This document shows positions 46,960 through 57,288 of a stretch of 64,000 nt of DNA, piece by piece. Where the stretch lies: NCBI GenBank assembly GCA_039028615.1, contig JBCCHT010000026.1, positions 140,994-204,993 of the forward strand. Direction: 5' to 3'. Positions within the stretch are counted from its first letter, which is position 1. The number at the start of each line of letters is the position of its first letter. Both the position numbers and the translations under genes were made by a program. The notes under the pieces are model-generated. The model was given only the letters and a program-made list of their open reading frames with translations, was not told the DNA's origin and searched no databases. This DNA comes from Myxococcota bacterium. GTDB taxonomy: Bacteria; Myxococcota_A; Polyangia; Nannocystales; Nannocystaceae.

Positions 46960-47487
46960 TCAGTCGGCGCCGGGATCGACGACCACATCGGGCGCGGCCT
47001 GGCGTTCGGAGGCCGCTCGTGACACGCGAGGATCGGAGTCGCCCGTGGCTTCGTCGACGAGATCACCGAGTTCGCCTTCGAGGGGCAGCGCCCCGGAGCC
47101 GACGATCGCGGCGGCTCGCAACGATGGGTGCATCGCGGGGTCTTCGATGACCTCCACCAGCAACGAGCGCGTGGCTTCGCTGGCGTCGAAGCGCAGCAGC
47201 GACAGCGCGCGGACGCGAACGTTCATGCGCTCGTCGTGGGTCGCCAGGTGCCGCAGCGACTCGGCCGCGCCCGGCGTGCGGGCGAGTTCTTGCGGCGTGG
47301 GGAGGTCTTCGGTGTGGCGGGCGCGGAGGCGGACCCGCAGGGACTCGAGGCTCGCCGGATCGGTGGCGGAGTTAGACGCGGGCGGCTCCTCGGTGGCTGC
47401 CCGGGGATCGGTGCTGGGCGCGGGCGACGTGGGCTCGGCACAAGCACCGAGCAGCAGCAGACAGGTGAGAAGAGCGAGGGGCTTCAT
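46960..47487 (-). CDS. HEAT-repeat lipoprotein
   Basis: MKPLALLTCLLLLGAC; VRVRALSLL, LRAAAI, DSDPRVSRAA. Confidence 0.7.
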   Translation of the reverse strand: MKPLALLTCLLLLGACAEPTSPAPSTDPRAATEEPPASNSATDPASLESLRVRLRARHTEDLPTPQELARTPGAAESLRHLATHDERMNVRVRALSLLRFDASEATRSLLVEVIEDPAMHPSLRAAAIVGSGALPLEGELGDLVDEATGDSDPRVSRAASERQAAPDVVVDPGAD

Positions 47488-47491
47488 GGGT

Positions 47492-48628
47492 TCACCGAGC
47501 CGCGGCACTGAGGCCGAGCAGTCGGCCTTGCCAGGGGCTGAGGTCGCGTTGGGGGAAGGACTCGGCCGCCACCCAGAACATGAGGTTCGTACCGTCGGGG
47601 CACTCCTCGGGGTCGAGCGTGCCGTCCCCGTTGGCGTCCATGGCGGTGGTGCACTGCGGCGTGTCTTCGAGGGGATCGTGGAAGTCGCCTTCGGCCTCGC
47701 TGGTGTGGGCCAGGCCGATCTGATGGCCAAACTCGTGGGCGACGGTCTCCGCGAGCCACGACGGTCGCAAGGCGCCGTTGCCATCGAGGTGCGCGTCGAC
47801 GGCCACGAGCACGCCCGACGCGACGGTGCCCGGAACGCCGACCGGCCCGGGCAGCCCGGCCGCGATGCCCAGGGTGTCGGGCTCGTCCGAGAACGCCTGG
47901 ATCAAGAACACGGGCACGCGCTGGGTCTCGGCCGGGGCATACGAGGCCCGCAGCGCGTCGGCGTCTTCTCCCTCCGCGCTCACGAAGGGCGCACCCTGAG
48001 CCAGGGTATCGGTCTGGATGTCGGCCGTGATCCCGGCCTCGGCCAGCACGGTGGTGATGTCCTGCGCGACTTGGTCGAGACCGAAGCCGTACAGACTGGT
48101 CGACCCGCTCGCCACCAGGGCCATGGTCAAGGTCTCTCCGGGGTCGCTGCGCCGCGAGACGAAGTGCATCGTGCCTTCGCGGCCGCCGAGGTCTCCGTCG
48201 GCCGTGGCTCGAATCTCCAGACACCCCGGCTCGAGCGCAGAACTCTCGTGGGTGGGAAACGCGATCGAACCTACCGGGTTGTAGGTATGAAAAAATGGGG
48301 GGGTCTCCCCCCACTCATCGGCGCCCAGGTCGATCAACATGCGGTGATCTTGGCGAGCCCAGCCCACCGCGGTCTGGGCCGTGCTCGACTCCACCACCAC
48401 CAACAATCCGGTGAGGTCTTCGGGGACTTGGAACAGAAGATCGTCGCCGCGCGAGGTGATGCCATCCGAGCGCCAGGCGATGGGCGCGGTGTCGGTGGCG
48501 ACCTCGCCGGCGCGGCCCAGCACGGGGGCGCCGTCGCAGGATAGGGGGCCGCCGTCCGCACCAAAAACCGCGCGAGCGGGCTCGGGCCGGCATGCCGCGG
48601 TAGACGCAAGGACCAGCCCCACGAGCAT
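47492..48628 (-). CDS. Zinc metalloprotease lipoprotein (metzincin, M43-like)
   Basis: HEFGHQIGLAH, DPLEDTPQC, NLMF Met-turn, LSPWQ. Confidence 0.85.
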   Translation of the reverse strand: MLVGLVLASTAACRPEPARAVFGADGGPLSCDGAPVLGRAGEVATDTAPIAWRSDGITSRGDDLLFQVPEDLTGLLVVVESSTAQTAVGWARQDHRMLIDLGADEWGETPPFFHTYNPVGSIAFPTHESSALEPGCLEIRATADGDLGGREGTMHFVSRRSDPGETLTMALVASGSTSLYGFGLDQVAQDITTVLAEAGITADIQTDTLAQGAPFVSAEGEDADALRASYAPAETQRVPVFLIQAFSDEPDTLGIAAGLPGPVGVPGTVASGVLVAVDAHLDGNGALRPSWLAETVAHEFGHQIGLAHTSEAEGDFHDPLEDTPQCTTAMDANGDGTLDPEECPDGTNLMFWVAAESFPQRDLSPWQGRLLGLSAAAR

Positions 48629-48792
48629 GGGGTGCCAATGCTGGCCGCGATGCACGTGTTTACCCGACGCGGTGGGTGCTCCCGGTCGTCGAATCGAGGG
48701 GCGCGCGAGCATCGACTCACGAGTCTACCCGCTCGACGCCGCAAAGTGGGTGCGGAGTAACAAACGCGATTACGATCGGCGATACTGTCGCG

Positions 48793-51549
48793 GTGCAGGA
48801 TGTTCTGAGCGGATCGGCCTCCGATCCCTACCCGGAGACGGCTGCCCTCGGGAGCCGGACGCGGGGGCCCGAACTCGACGCGGGGCTCGGTACCGGCAGC
48901 AACCTCGGGCGCTATCTCGTGCTCGAGACCGTCGGTCACGGCGGTATGGGTCGCGTGCTGCGGGCCTACGATCCCAAGCTCCAGCGCGAGGTCGCGCTCA
49001 AGGTCGTCCGCCGAGAAGCGCTGGATGCCGATGCCCACGACCGCATGCTGCGGGAGGCGAGGGCGATGGCTCAGCTGTCGCATCCGAACGTGGTGGCGGT
49101 GCACGACGTCGAAGAGTCGCCCTTCGGCCTGGTGCTGGTGATGGAGCTGGTGGTCGGCCAGACGCTGCGCAAGTGGACCAAGGAAAAGCCCCGCCCGTGG
49201 CCCGAGGTGGTGACGCAGTTCCGCCTCGCGGGGCTCGGGCTGGCGGCGGCGCACACCCAACGATTGCTGCACCGCGACTTCAAGCCATCCAATGTGCTGC
49301 TCTCGGGGCTGGGCGAGGTCAAGGTCACCGATTTCGGCCTGGCCAAGCTCGTCTCGAGCACGGGCACGAAGCACTCGGACGGCCTGGTGCCGATCCCGAC
49401 CAACGACTCGCTCGACGGCACGCTGACCCAGGCCGACATCGTATTGGGCACGCCGCGCTACATGGCGCCCGAGCAGCACCGCCGTGAAGTGCTGGGTCCC
49501 GCCGTCGACCAGTACGCGCTATGCGTCTCGCTGTGGGAGGCGCTGGTGGGCAAGCCTCCGTTCCGGGTCAAGGGCTTCGATGCGCTGCTGGAGGCCAAGG
49601 AAGAGGGCGCGCCGCCCTGGCCGGCCGATGCGCCCTCGGTACCGCGTCCGATCGTCGAAGCCATTCGCCGTGGCCTGGCCGCGAACCCGCTCGAGCGCTG
49701 GCCGAGCATCGATGCCCTGCTCGACGCCCTGAGCTACGACCCCGCGCGACAACGAACGCGATGGCTATTGGCCCTGGGAGGGCTGGCGTCCGTGGTGGCG
49801 GTGGCGGGCGGCGTCCAGTCCTGGGCGGCGGAGCGAGCCGAGCAATGCCAGGGGGCGCAGGCGCAGCTGCGAGAGGTCTGGGACCAGGCGCGCAAGGATG
49901 AAGTCCGGCAGGCGATCTTGGGCGTGGGGGCGGGCTACGCCGAGACGGCGTGGAACCACGCCGAGGTCGTGCTCGATGGCTACGCCGACGAGTGGGCGAC
50001 CATGCACGCCGACGCCTGCGAGGCCACCACGATCCGCGGCGAGCAGTCGGCCGCGGTCATGGACCTGCGCATGGGCTGCTTGTATCGGGCCAAGGTCGAG
50101 CTTTCGGCGGTGAGCTCGGTGCTGTCCAATGCCGACGCCGACGTCGTGCAAAAGACCCACGATCTCATCGACGGCCTGCCCGAGCTCTCCCGCTGTGCGG
50201 ACATGGAGGCGCTGAGCGAGGAGGTCGAGCCGCCGCGACCCGAGGAAGCGGACGCGGTCGACGAAGTCCGAGTGCAGCTGGCCGCCAGCAAGGCAGAGCG
50301 TGAAGCCGGGCGTTTCAAGCGAGCGCAGCAGGAACTCGAGGTCGCCAAGGCGATGGTGACCACGCTCGAGTACGAGCCGATTCGCTCCGAGGTGAGCCTC
50401 GAAGAGGGGCATGTGCTCGACGAGCTGTCCGAGCACGAGTCCGCCGAGCAGGCGCTCGGCCGCGCGATGCGTCAGGCGGCGGCGCAGGGGCAGCGAGAGC
50501 TGCTGCGCGAGGCGGCGTCGATGTCGATCTTCGTGGTGGGGCAGCAGCTCAAGCGTCCCAAGGAAGCGCTGCGATATCGCGAGCTGGCCGAAGGGCTGGC
50601 CGAGGGTGACCCCAGCGCGGAGGCCGAGGTCCGCAGCTTCGTGGCGATGTCGCTCGAAGGCCAGGGCAAGTACGAGGAAGCGGAGCTCGAGCATCGGCGG
50701 GCGCTGGCGCAGCGAGAAGAGACCAAGGGCCCCGACGATGCGGCCGTGGCCAGCTCGCGGAACAACCTCGCCAACGCCCTGTATGCGCAGGGCAAGTACG
50801 AAGAATCGGAGCAGGTGCACCGACAGAACCTGGCGATCCGCGAGCGGGTGCTGGGTCCCGATCATCCTCGGGTGGCCAAGTCGCGGAACAACCTCGGCAT
50901 CGTGCTGCAGACCCAGGGCAAGTACGAGGAGGCCGGGGTCGAGCACCGCAAGGCGCTCGAGGTGTGGGAAAAGACCCTCGAGCCCGGGCACCGCGACATC
51001 ATCACCCTGCGCAACAACATCGCCGCCGGCTTGTTCAAGCAGGGCAAGCAGCAGGAGGCGGAGGACGAGTTCCAGACGATCGTGGCGTTGATCGAGGAGG
51101 CGCTGGGGCCCGAGCATCCCGACGTCGCGACGACCCGCAACAACCTGGCCGTGGTGATGTCGGCCCAGGGCAAGATCGAAGAGGCGATCGCCGAGCATCG
51201 CAAGATCCTGGCGCTCCGCGAAAAACAGCTTGGCCTCGAGCACCCCGACGTGGCGGTCTCTTGCCATCACCTGGCCCGGCTGCTGCTGAAGCAAGGCAAG
51301 GCCGAGGAGGCGCTGCCGCTGGCCGAGCGGGCATGGACGCGGCGGCAGCAGACCGATACGCCGGATGCGGTGCGGGCGGATACTGCGTTTTTGCTGGCGC
51401 GGGCGATCTGGGAATCGAGCAGCGGCGTCCAGGCGCGGGCTCGTGCGATGACCCTGGCCGAGCGTGCCCGCGCTGCCTATGGACGAGCCCGCGGCGACAA
51501 AGACCCCGCGGTCGAGCTCGTGGAAAAGTGGATCGCGGAGCGGGGTTAG
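48793..51549 (+). CDS. Ser/Thr protein kinase with TM segment and TPR repeats
   Basis: GHGGMG, VALK, HRDFKPSN, DFGLA, GTPRYMAPE; LGPDHP TPRs. The start is uncertain. Confidence 0.92.
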   Translation: MQDVLSGSASDPYPETAALGSRTRGPELDAGLGTGSNLGRYLVLETVGHGGMGRVLRAYDPKLQREVALKVVRREALDADAHDRMLREARAMAQLSHPNVVAVHDVEESPFGLVLVMELVVGQTLRKWTKEKPRPWPEVVTQFRLAGLGLAAAHTQRLLHRDFKPSNVLLSGLGEVKVTDFGLAKLVSSTGTKHSDGLVPIPTNDSLDGTLTQADIVLGTPRYMAPEQHRREVLGPAVDQYALCVSLWEALVGKPPFRVKGFDALLEAKEEGAPPWPADAPSVPRPIVEAIRRGLAANPLERWPSIDALLDALSYDPARQRTRWLLALGGLASVVAVAGGVQSWAAERAEQCQGAQAQLREVWDQARKDEVRQAILGVGAGYAETAWNHAEVVLDGYADEWATMHADACEATTIRGEQSAAVMDLRMGCLYRAKVELSAVSSVLSNADADVVQKTHDLIDGLPELSRCADMEALSEEVEPPRPEEADAVDEVRVQLAASKAEREAGRFKRAQQELEVAKAMVTTLEYEPIRSEVSLEEGHVLDELSEHESAEQALGRAMRQAAAQGQRELLREAASMSIFVVGQQLKRPKEALRYRELAEGLAEGDPSAEAEVRSFVAMSLEGQGKYEEAELEHRRALAQREETKGPDDAAVASSRNNLANALYAQGKYEESEQVHRQNLAIRERVLGPDHPRVAKSRNNLGIVLQTQGKYEEAGVEHRKALEVWEKTLEPGHRDIITLRNNIAAGLFKQGKQQEAEDEFQTIVALIEEALGPEHPDVATTRNNLAVVMSAQGKIEEAIAEHRKILALREKQLGLEHPDVAVSCHHLARLLLKQGKAEEALPLAERAWTRRQQTDTPDAVRADTAFLLARAIWESSSGVQARARAMTLAERARAAYGRARGDKDPAVELVEKWIAERG

Positions 51550-51654
51550 GCGCCGCGAAGAGTCGAGCGATGACGGTGCGTTTGAGGGCGTAGCGATTCG
51601 ACTTCTCGGACGATGGCTGGAGGTTAGGGACGCCGTGGCGGTGCTGAGGCCGCT

Positions 51655-52230
51655 CTGGCGTAGACGCTGAGCACCCGGCGAGCGGTCGGTGCCACTACAT
51701 TCGGCCGCGGCCGTTGGCGGCGACCTCAGGTTTGAGCAGGCGGTTATTGAGCCCTTGGTGTGGACGCCCGAGGTGATCGTGGTCAATGAACTCATGGAGG
51801 ATTCGCCAGAGGTGCTGGTCGACCAACGGGATGCCTTTCGATAGGCACTCCCGCGGAACGGATCCCATGAAGCGCCCTGCGTAGGCGTTGAGGTTCGGGC
51901 TCCCGGGAGGGCAATCGGACGACGTCGGTGCCTGCGGCTCGGAACCTATGACGGATGCGCCTCCTGACCGGGCCGCGGTCGAGGATGAGGTAGCGCTTTC
52001 CCGTCAAGAAACCGTCGACCTGGTCGAGCAAACCTGTGTCACTGCATCAAGGTGTCCAGAGTGACCACGGAAGCGATCTTCGAAGGAGTTCTTCGGTCAG
52101 GGGGCTTCTCCGACTACCGATGTGCTGTTTGAATACGCGGTTCTCCCCGCGGAGCTATGCGAGTTGCGTGGTCCGGTGGCGGTTGAGCCAGCCTGCGAAC
52201 GCGACGACGAGGAAACTGGAAGAGCCGGTT
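51655..52230 (-). mobile_element. Decayed, internally deleted IS/transposase (rve integrase-core) remnant
   Basis: N-terminal piece FLVVAFAGWLNRH...A*LRGENRVFK (TAG 52155-52157). C-terminal piece DGFLTGKRYLILDR...[frameshift]SPNLNAYAGRF..S..RECL...HDHLGRPHQGLNN. Confidence 0.8.
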
Positions 52231-52588
52231 CTTGCAGGGCGAGCATTTTGGCAGGGGGGAAGTGTCGTGGGCGGCGCATTCGTCCCGTGAAGGGGCCCCG
52301 AGACCTCTGGGGTGGCGCTTGAGTGTCGGTGCTCAGCTGCGCCGCAATGGATTGGAACTCGACGTTTATTGCCGACTGGGTTCTGGGACAGGACGGGACT
52401 CCCGTGACCGTCGATTCTTCGCCCGGTTGCCTGTTCGTCGACCGTTGCGGTCGCGCGATCTCGGAATACTGGAAATCGATGCCCACGGTGCACCGCGTTG
52501 ACGCCGACCACCGCGTGCGCTGCCCCGTGCTGTAGTCATCGGCGCGATGGGCCTGTCACCCCCAGGGGGAACGACAGGTTCCGCGCGC

Positions 52589-53548
52589 TCAGTACTTGTC
52601 ACCCACGTCGCACATGAACTGTGCCGAAAAACCACCCGGCCCGGGGCTGTCGTCGTACCAGGTCAGCACTCCCTGCCGCCACAAGTACAGGAGGGAGCTC
52701 TCGGTCTTCGAGTTCCCGTTGTTGCCACTGGGCTCGCTGAACAGGCCCCGGTCGTCGACCCAATACCCATGGTCGTCACCGGCTCGAAACTCGCACTCGG
52801 GGTTGTCGCTGGTCAGCGGCTGGTTCGGGCATGCTGCGCCCGGAAACTGGGCGTACACGCCCATGATACGGAGATAGGTGTCACCGACACTCGGTCCAAA
52901 GTCCGGGTCGTTGGCCACGTTCACACCCGATTGCAGGTGGGCTTCGGTCCGGGGGATCCAAAGCTTCATCCCGAGCGCGCGGCACATGTCTTCGGCCATG
53001 AAGGCATAGACCGGCTCTTCGTACTCCATCTTGAAGAAAGTGTATCCGCCTCCGTCGGTGGCCATGTCGCAGTAGACCGGGAAGGGCTCATCGATACTGC
53101 CCCCGGGGTGGATCAGGTACACATCGTCGTCGGCTGGGGCAAACTCGTAAATCTCCAGGCATGACGTGGGGACGAAGCAATCGGGGAGACAGCCGTCCCG
53201 GAGGTCGTCATCGGCGTCGTCACATTCCTCGAATTCGTCGTCCACGATGCCATCTCCGCATCGCGGTCCGGTCGCACGGCAATCGGCGCGGCAGCCTCCG
53301 TAGCGGCCATCGTTGACTCCATCATCGCAGACCTCGTCGCCCTCGCGAACACCATTGCCACAGCTGGGTAGGTCGGAGTCCGTGGTCAGGGCGGCGTCCG
53401 TATTCTCGGGCCCGTCGCTCAGCCCCAAACTGCCGCCGAGCGTTGCATTGCCCTCCGTCGCATCGGTCGAGACTTGGTAGGCCGGGTTTGGTGCCGTGCA
53501 TGCCGCGAGCATGCAGGTGGTCACGAAGCCCCATAGCCGAGATTCCAC
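52589..53548 (-). CDS. Lipoprotein with myxobacterial Cys-rich repeats and a fibrinogen-C-like domain
   Basis: LAAC lipobox; CGNGVREGDEVCDDG, CGDGIVD...ECDD; SCLEI...VYLIHP...VYCDMATDGGGYT. Confidence 0.8.
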   Translation of the reverse strand: MESRLWGFVTTCMLAACTAPNPAYQVSTDATEGNATLGGSLGLSDGPENTDAALTTDSDLPSCGNGVREGDEVCDDGVNDGRYGGCRADCRATGPRCGDGIVDDEFEECDDADDDLRDGCLPDCFVPTSCLEIYEFAPADDDVYLIHPGGSIDEPFPVYCDMATDGGGYTFFKMEYEEPVYAFMAEDMCRALGMKLWIPRTEAHLQSGVNVANDPDFGPSVGDTYLRIMGVYAQFPGAACPNQPLTSDNPECEFRAGDDHGYWVDDRGLFSEPSGNNGNSKTESSLLYLWRQGVLTWYDDSPGPGGFSAQFMCDVGDKY

Positions 53549-53599
53549 CGATAAAGTATACAGGAACCCGCCGAAGCGCGGTTTTCCTCCTCTGGGACA

Positions 53600-53935
53600 C
53601 TTCGCGTCGACTTGCAGTCGGCCAGTGCCGCGTAGCCCTCGTGGCCGATGAAGGCATCGTATCGGCCTTCGACCAGCTGCCGAACGACCGCGGAAGACAG
53701 CGGTGCGAGCTCCCCCCGACCGCGTGGCGCAACCTTCCCCACGTCGCGCAGTCGCAGGGGCAAGAGGGAGACGATGACGTCGGGGGCGGCGCGCCGAAAC
53801 GTACGCGTGGACGTGACGAGGTCGAAGGGTTCGGGACCGGCCAGCGAGCGCGTCGAATGACGCTCCGCTCCGGCAGCAGAACGTCCAGAACCACCGCCAG
53901 GTTCAGATCGACATCGCCAAAGGTGAATGTCATTC
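53600..53935 (-). pseudogene. LysR regulator remnant
   Basis: MTFTFGDVDLNLAVVLDVLLPERSVIR (start of the HTH), then a frameshifted fragment RRAAPDV...LVEGRYDAFIG. Confidence 0.65.
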
Positions 53936-54101
53936 GCGGCAAGCAAATCCTCTTCGCTTGATTCACCGTGCCGAAGGCGCAACTTTCACACCGTGGGGCC
54001 CCAACCGCGTCGACGCCCGCAGTGCGAAGGGAGGTCCCGACCGACGTCGCGGCTTGTCGCGCTCGGAATGCTAGTGGCGTAGAGAAGTCTCTGCGCATCC
54101 G

Positions 54102-54461
54102 GTGTATCAGGTATTGGGCGATACTCCCGATGGGTTGGAGGGGATGTTCAGCGGGCCAACGGGGAGGCTCCAGGTTGCCTTTTCACCGAACGAGCCGGGA
54201 GGACTTGACGCAGACCGGACCCTTTCGTGGGAACACGATGGACTCACCATAAAGGCGGAGTGGCGAGCTCCGCCAGGTGGGATCGGGAGTCGTAGGGACG
54301 GGCCGAGTCGGTTGCTCGTCTCGAAACATCTGTTCGTGACAATGCGGTTCGATATGCTCCGATCGCTCTGCGAAGAGATACGCGAGGTGGAACTCGAGCA
54401 CGATAACAATCCGCAGAGATCGGTCGTTTGCCATTCGGTTCAGGAATCCCTAGCGTCGTGA
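54102..54461 (+). CDS. Hypothetical protein (possibly a fragment)
   Basis: Protein-like composition; no motif recognised. Confidence 0.3.
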   Translation: MYQVLGDTPDGLEGMFSGPTGRLQVAFSPNEPGGLDADRTLSWEHDGLTIKAEWRAPPGGIGSRRDGPSRLLVSKHLFVTMRFDMLRSLCEEIREVELEHDNNPQRSVVCHSVQESLAS

Positions 54462-54585
54462 ACTGGTTCACGGAGCATTGCCGCTCCGACCCGCGTCAGC
54501 GTGGGTCGGTGCTCGCGCCCACGGGCGCCGCGTCCCGCCTGCAGCGGCCCGGCTCCCGATGTTCGGGGTCACGACAACCTGTTCA

Positions 54586-55227
54586 TCACGGTTCGACGAC
54601 GTTGAGCACGAACTGCTCCGCTTCGCTACCATCGGTTTCATCGGTAATGAACACATTGCCAGTCTCGTCGACATACATGGGCCTCGCGCCGTCGTGATGG
54701 CAGGTAGAGTTCAGAGACTTGATATGCCATCGATTCGATGCTCCGGCCCGTTGCACGCTCCAGTACGCACGGTGATCTCCCCACCACTCCTCGGGCTCGT
54801 TCGTAGATAGCTCAACAATCTCTTCGTCTTCGTTCGCCCACAACGCGACGCCATCGGATTCAGCTGGCCCCAATCCGATCGTGTACGGAAAACCGCTATT
54901 GAAGAACCGGACAGAGTTGTCGCTGTTGACGCAGTTGACGTGCCAACGAAAAAAGTCGGGATCATCCTCGTCCGTCAGATCCTCGTCAAGAAAGACGCCG
55001 CCATGTTCGTCGGGTTCATCGAAGTTTCCGAAAACAATGCCACCTTGGGCAGAACGGATCTCGACGATTTTACCGTTGAACTGGCCGCAAAAATCCAATG
55101 AACGATTCGAGATTGCCGCGACGGATGCAGGTAGATCGTACACGGGGTCCGTCGTACTACACGCTCCCAGGCCGACGCCGTTCATCGCCAGTAACATTTT
55201 GAATCTTCGGGTTGAGGCCGGTCTCAT
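54586..55227 (-). CDS. Lipoprotein, tandem paralog A (possible beta-trefoil)
   Basis: GLGAC lipobox; DFCGQFNGKIVEIRS...WHVNCVNSD...RWHIKSL...EAEQFV. Confidence 0.75.
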   Translation of the reverse strand: MRPASTRRFKMLLAMNGVGLGACSTTDPVYDLPASVAAISNRSLDFCGQFNGKIVEIRSAQGGIVFGNFDEPDEHGGVFLDEDLTDEDDPDFFRWHVNCVNSDNSVRFFNSGFPYTIGLGPAESDGVALWANEDEEIVELSTNEPEEWWGDHRAYWSVQRAGASNRWHIKSLNSTCHHDGARPMYVDETGNVFITDETDGSEAEQFVLNVVEP

Positions 55228-55396
55228 GAGTCTTTTTTTCAGTGCATTATGGTTGTTTGTATGGAACTCGTTCGACAACGAAAGGCATCGCCTCGAGTTC
55301 GCCGTCCCGTTCGTTGCGAATTCGTGAACTCGATGGGGCGGTGTTGGTCGAATCTCGGGGTTTACGCTCGATCCTCGACGTGACCTCAATGTCCTC

Positions 55397-56056
55397 TTAC
55401 GTCTCGACGAATACGAACTGTTCCGCTTCGCCTCCGTCGGGTTCGCTCGTGAATGAGACATATTTGTCTTCGTCAACATACATGGGCCTCGCACCATCTT
55501 GGTGGCAAGTCGAGGTCAAGGACTTGATGTGCCAGCGATTCGAGATGCCGACTCGCTGTACACTCCAGTACGCGCGGTGGTCTGCCCACCATTCCTCGGG
55601 CGCGTTCGTGGATAGCTCTACCGCGTGATTGGATTCGTTCGCCCATAGGGCGACGCCCTCGGATTCAGCTGGCCGGAGCCCCATCATGTACGGAGATCCG
55701 CTGTTGAAGAACCGGACCGAGTGGTCGCTGTTTACACAGTTGACGTGCCAATGGAAAAGAGTCGGATCGTCTTCGTCCGTAAATTCTTCGTGGTAGACAT
55801 CGGGATGGTCTTCCCCCCATGGCTCATTGGATCCCATGAGCGCGGTGCCGTCGCGCACAGATCGAATCTCAACGATCTTATCGTTAAACTGGCCACAGAA
55901 ATCCGATGAGCGACTCGACATGGCATCCTCGGCGGCAGGGATATCGTCCTCTGGTTCGGCCGCACTGCACGCTCCCAGACCGAAGCCAATCACCGCGAGC
56001 GACAACAACGAAAGCTCCCAATACGGGGGCTGCCTTTGGGGTCTTCTCTGGAACAT
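55397..56056 (-). CDS. Lipoprotein, tandem paralog B (possible beta-trefoil)
   Basis: GLGAC lipobox; aligns end-to-end with paralog A. Confidence 0.8.
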   Translation of the reverse strand: MFQRRPQRQPPYWELSLLSLAVIGFGLGACSAAEPEDDIPAAEDAMSSRSSDFCGQFNDKIVEIRSVRDGTALMGSNEPWGEDHPDVYHEEFTDEDDPTLFHWHVNCVNSDHSVRFFNSGSPYMMGLRPAESEGVALWANESNHAVELSTNAPEEWWADHRAYWSVQRVGISNRWHIKSLTSTCHQDGARPMYVDEDKYVSFTSEPDGGEAEQFVFVET

Positions 56057-57288
56057 TGTGGTTGCTTAGTCGCTCATCCGGTTCTGTTTTATGCAATCCT
56101 TCCGAGTTTGACGGAATTTGCCTCACGCTCGCTGTCAGGTCGGTTCTGATTCAATGGCTCAGCCCGGCGGAGAACGAGCCCCTCCTGGATTTCCGGGTCC
56201 CTGGAACGATGATGTGCGGGGAGGCGCGCTGCCTACCTCGTTTGTCGGTGAGTGACTTCGTGGAACTGCACGCTCGTTAGCATAAATTACGGCAAGGCTC
56301 GGAAATTTGAATGTAGGCCAAGCTCAGAACGAGGGCAGAGTATTGCGAGTGATTGCCTCATTCGTTGCGTATTTTGATTCTCGTAGGTGACTTAGTGGTC
56401 AAGGGCTATCCTGGATTGTCAGTGCTGCGCTCCAGAATGACGCGTGCAGGCGTCCTGTCCCTTCGTGGCTAACTATGGCAAGTGCCAATAGCTAAGTGTT
56501 GTTTGTTCATGCAGTGAAAAAAAGATGATCACGCACATCTTAAACCAGCGCTTGCTGTCAAATCGAACCGCATGGGATGGGTGCCGCTAGGGCGTCGTTT
56601 GTCTCGCCAATGAGCGGTATAGGTGCGGCTTATGTCAGTTGGTGAGGAGCGGGTGAGTAGATGACGTCCTTCGATGCCAATGCAAAAATCCAAGTGCTCA
56701 ACATTCGCTTGGGCAGAGATGCGTTGTGGCGCGGAGTTGCGGTGGTTCGGTTTTGGGGGCACTTTGAAGATCCCGAGGTTCACGGCCTCTTCCGTATCTT
56801 GCGACTGCTTCAGGCAGAGTTTTTTTTCTTCGGGCCCCAAGTACGGTTTTAGTTGTAGTGGTGGAGGGTGGTGCAGGGGTGCCTCAGATGATTTGGGGGG
56901 GGGCTATGAGGGGGCTGTCCGCAAGTTGACAAGATTGCATTTTTGCTGAGCGTACGATGCCAGTATGAAAATGATTGTGGTGGCAGATCTGTGTCCGTGT
57001 TTTGTCCCAATGGTACTGGCGTAAAGGGTGGAGGCAGGACGCTTGTTCTGGGGTATAGACAGGTGCGGCACCGAGGCTGGGTGAAATGCTTGATGATCTA
57101 TGATGAGAAGATTCGTGGTCGATTGCCAAGAAAGGACACCTGTGAGGTCGTTTGTCCGGGCTCAGGCACGGGCAAGACGACATGCTCATCTGCCATGGGT
57201 GTGCTCGCGGTGCACACCGAAAAGAGTGAAACCGTGGTTGGTTTGATTGGTCCACTAGCGTTCCTCAACTCCAACCCAAGATGCCAAA

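Noticed and set aside
45524..48544. 1006-aa + strand ORF (similarly 59628-62891 +, 31745-34696 +, 6937-9228 -, 35099-37276 -)
   Set aside because: These are antisense or off-frame shadows of well-supported genes, expected in high-GC DNA; they carry no motifs.
52323..52535. Small + strand ORF next to the IS remnant
   Set aside because: It is short, has no recognisable motif, and cannot be distinguished from a fragment or chance ORF.
54586..56056. Diversity-generating retroelement TR/VR pair
   Set aside because: Both copies are full ORFs, the differences are largely synonymous and not adenine-specific, and there is no reverse transcriptase in the window.
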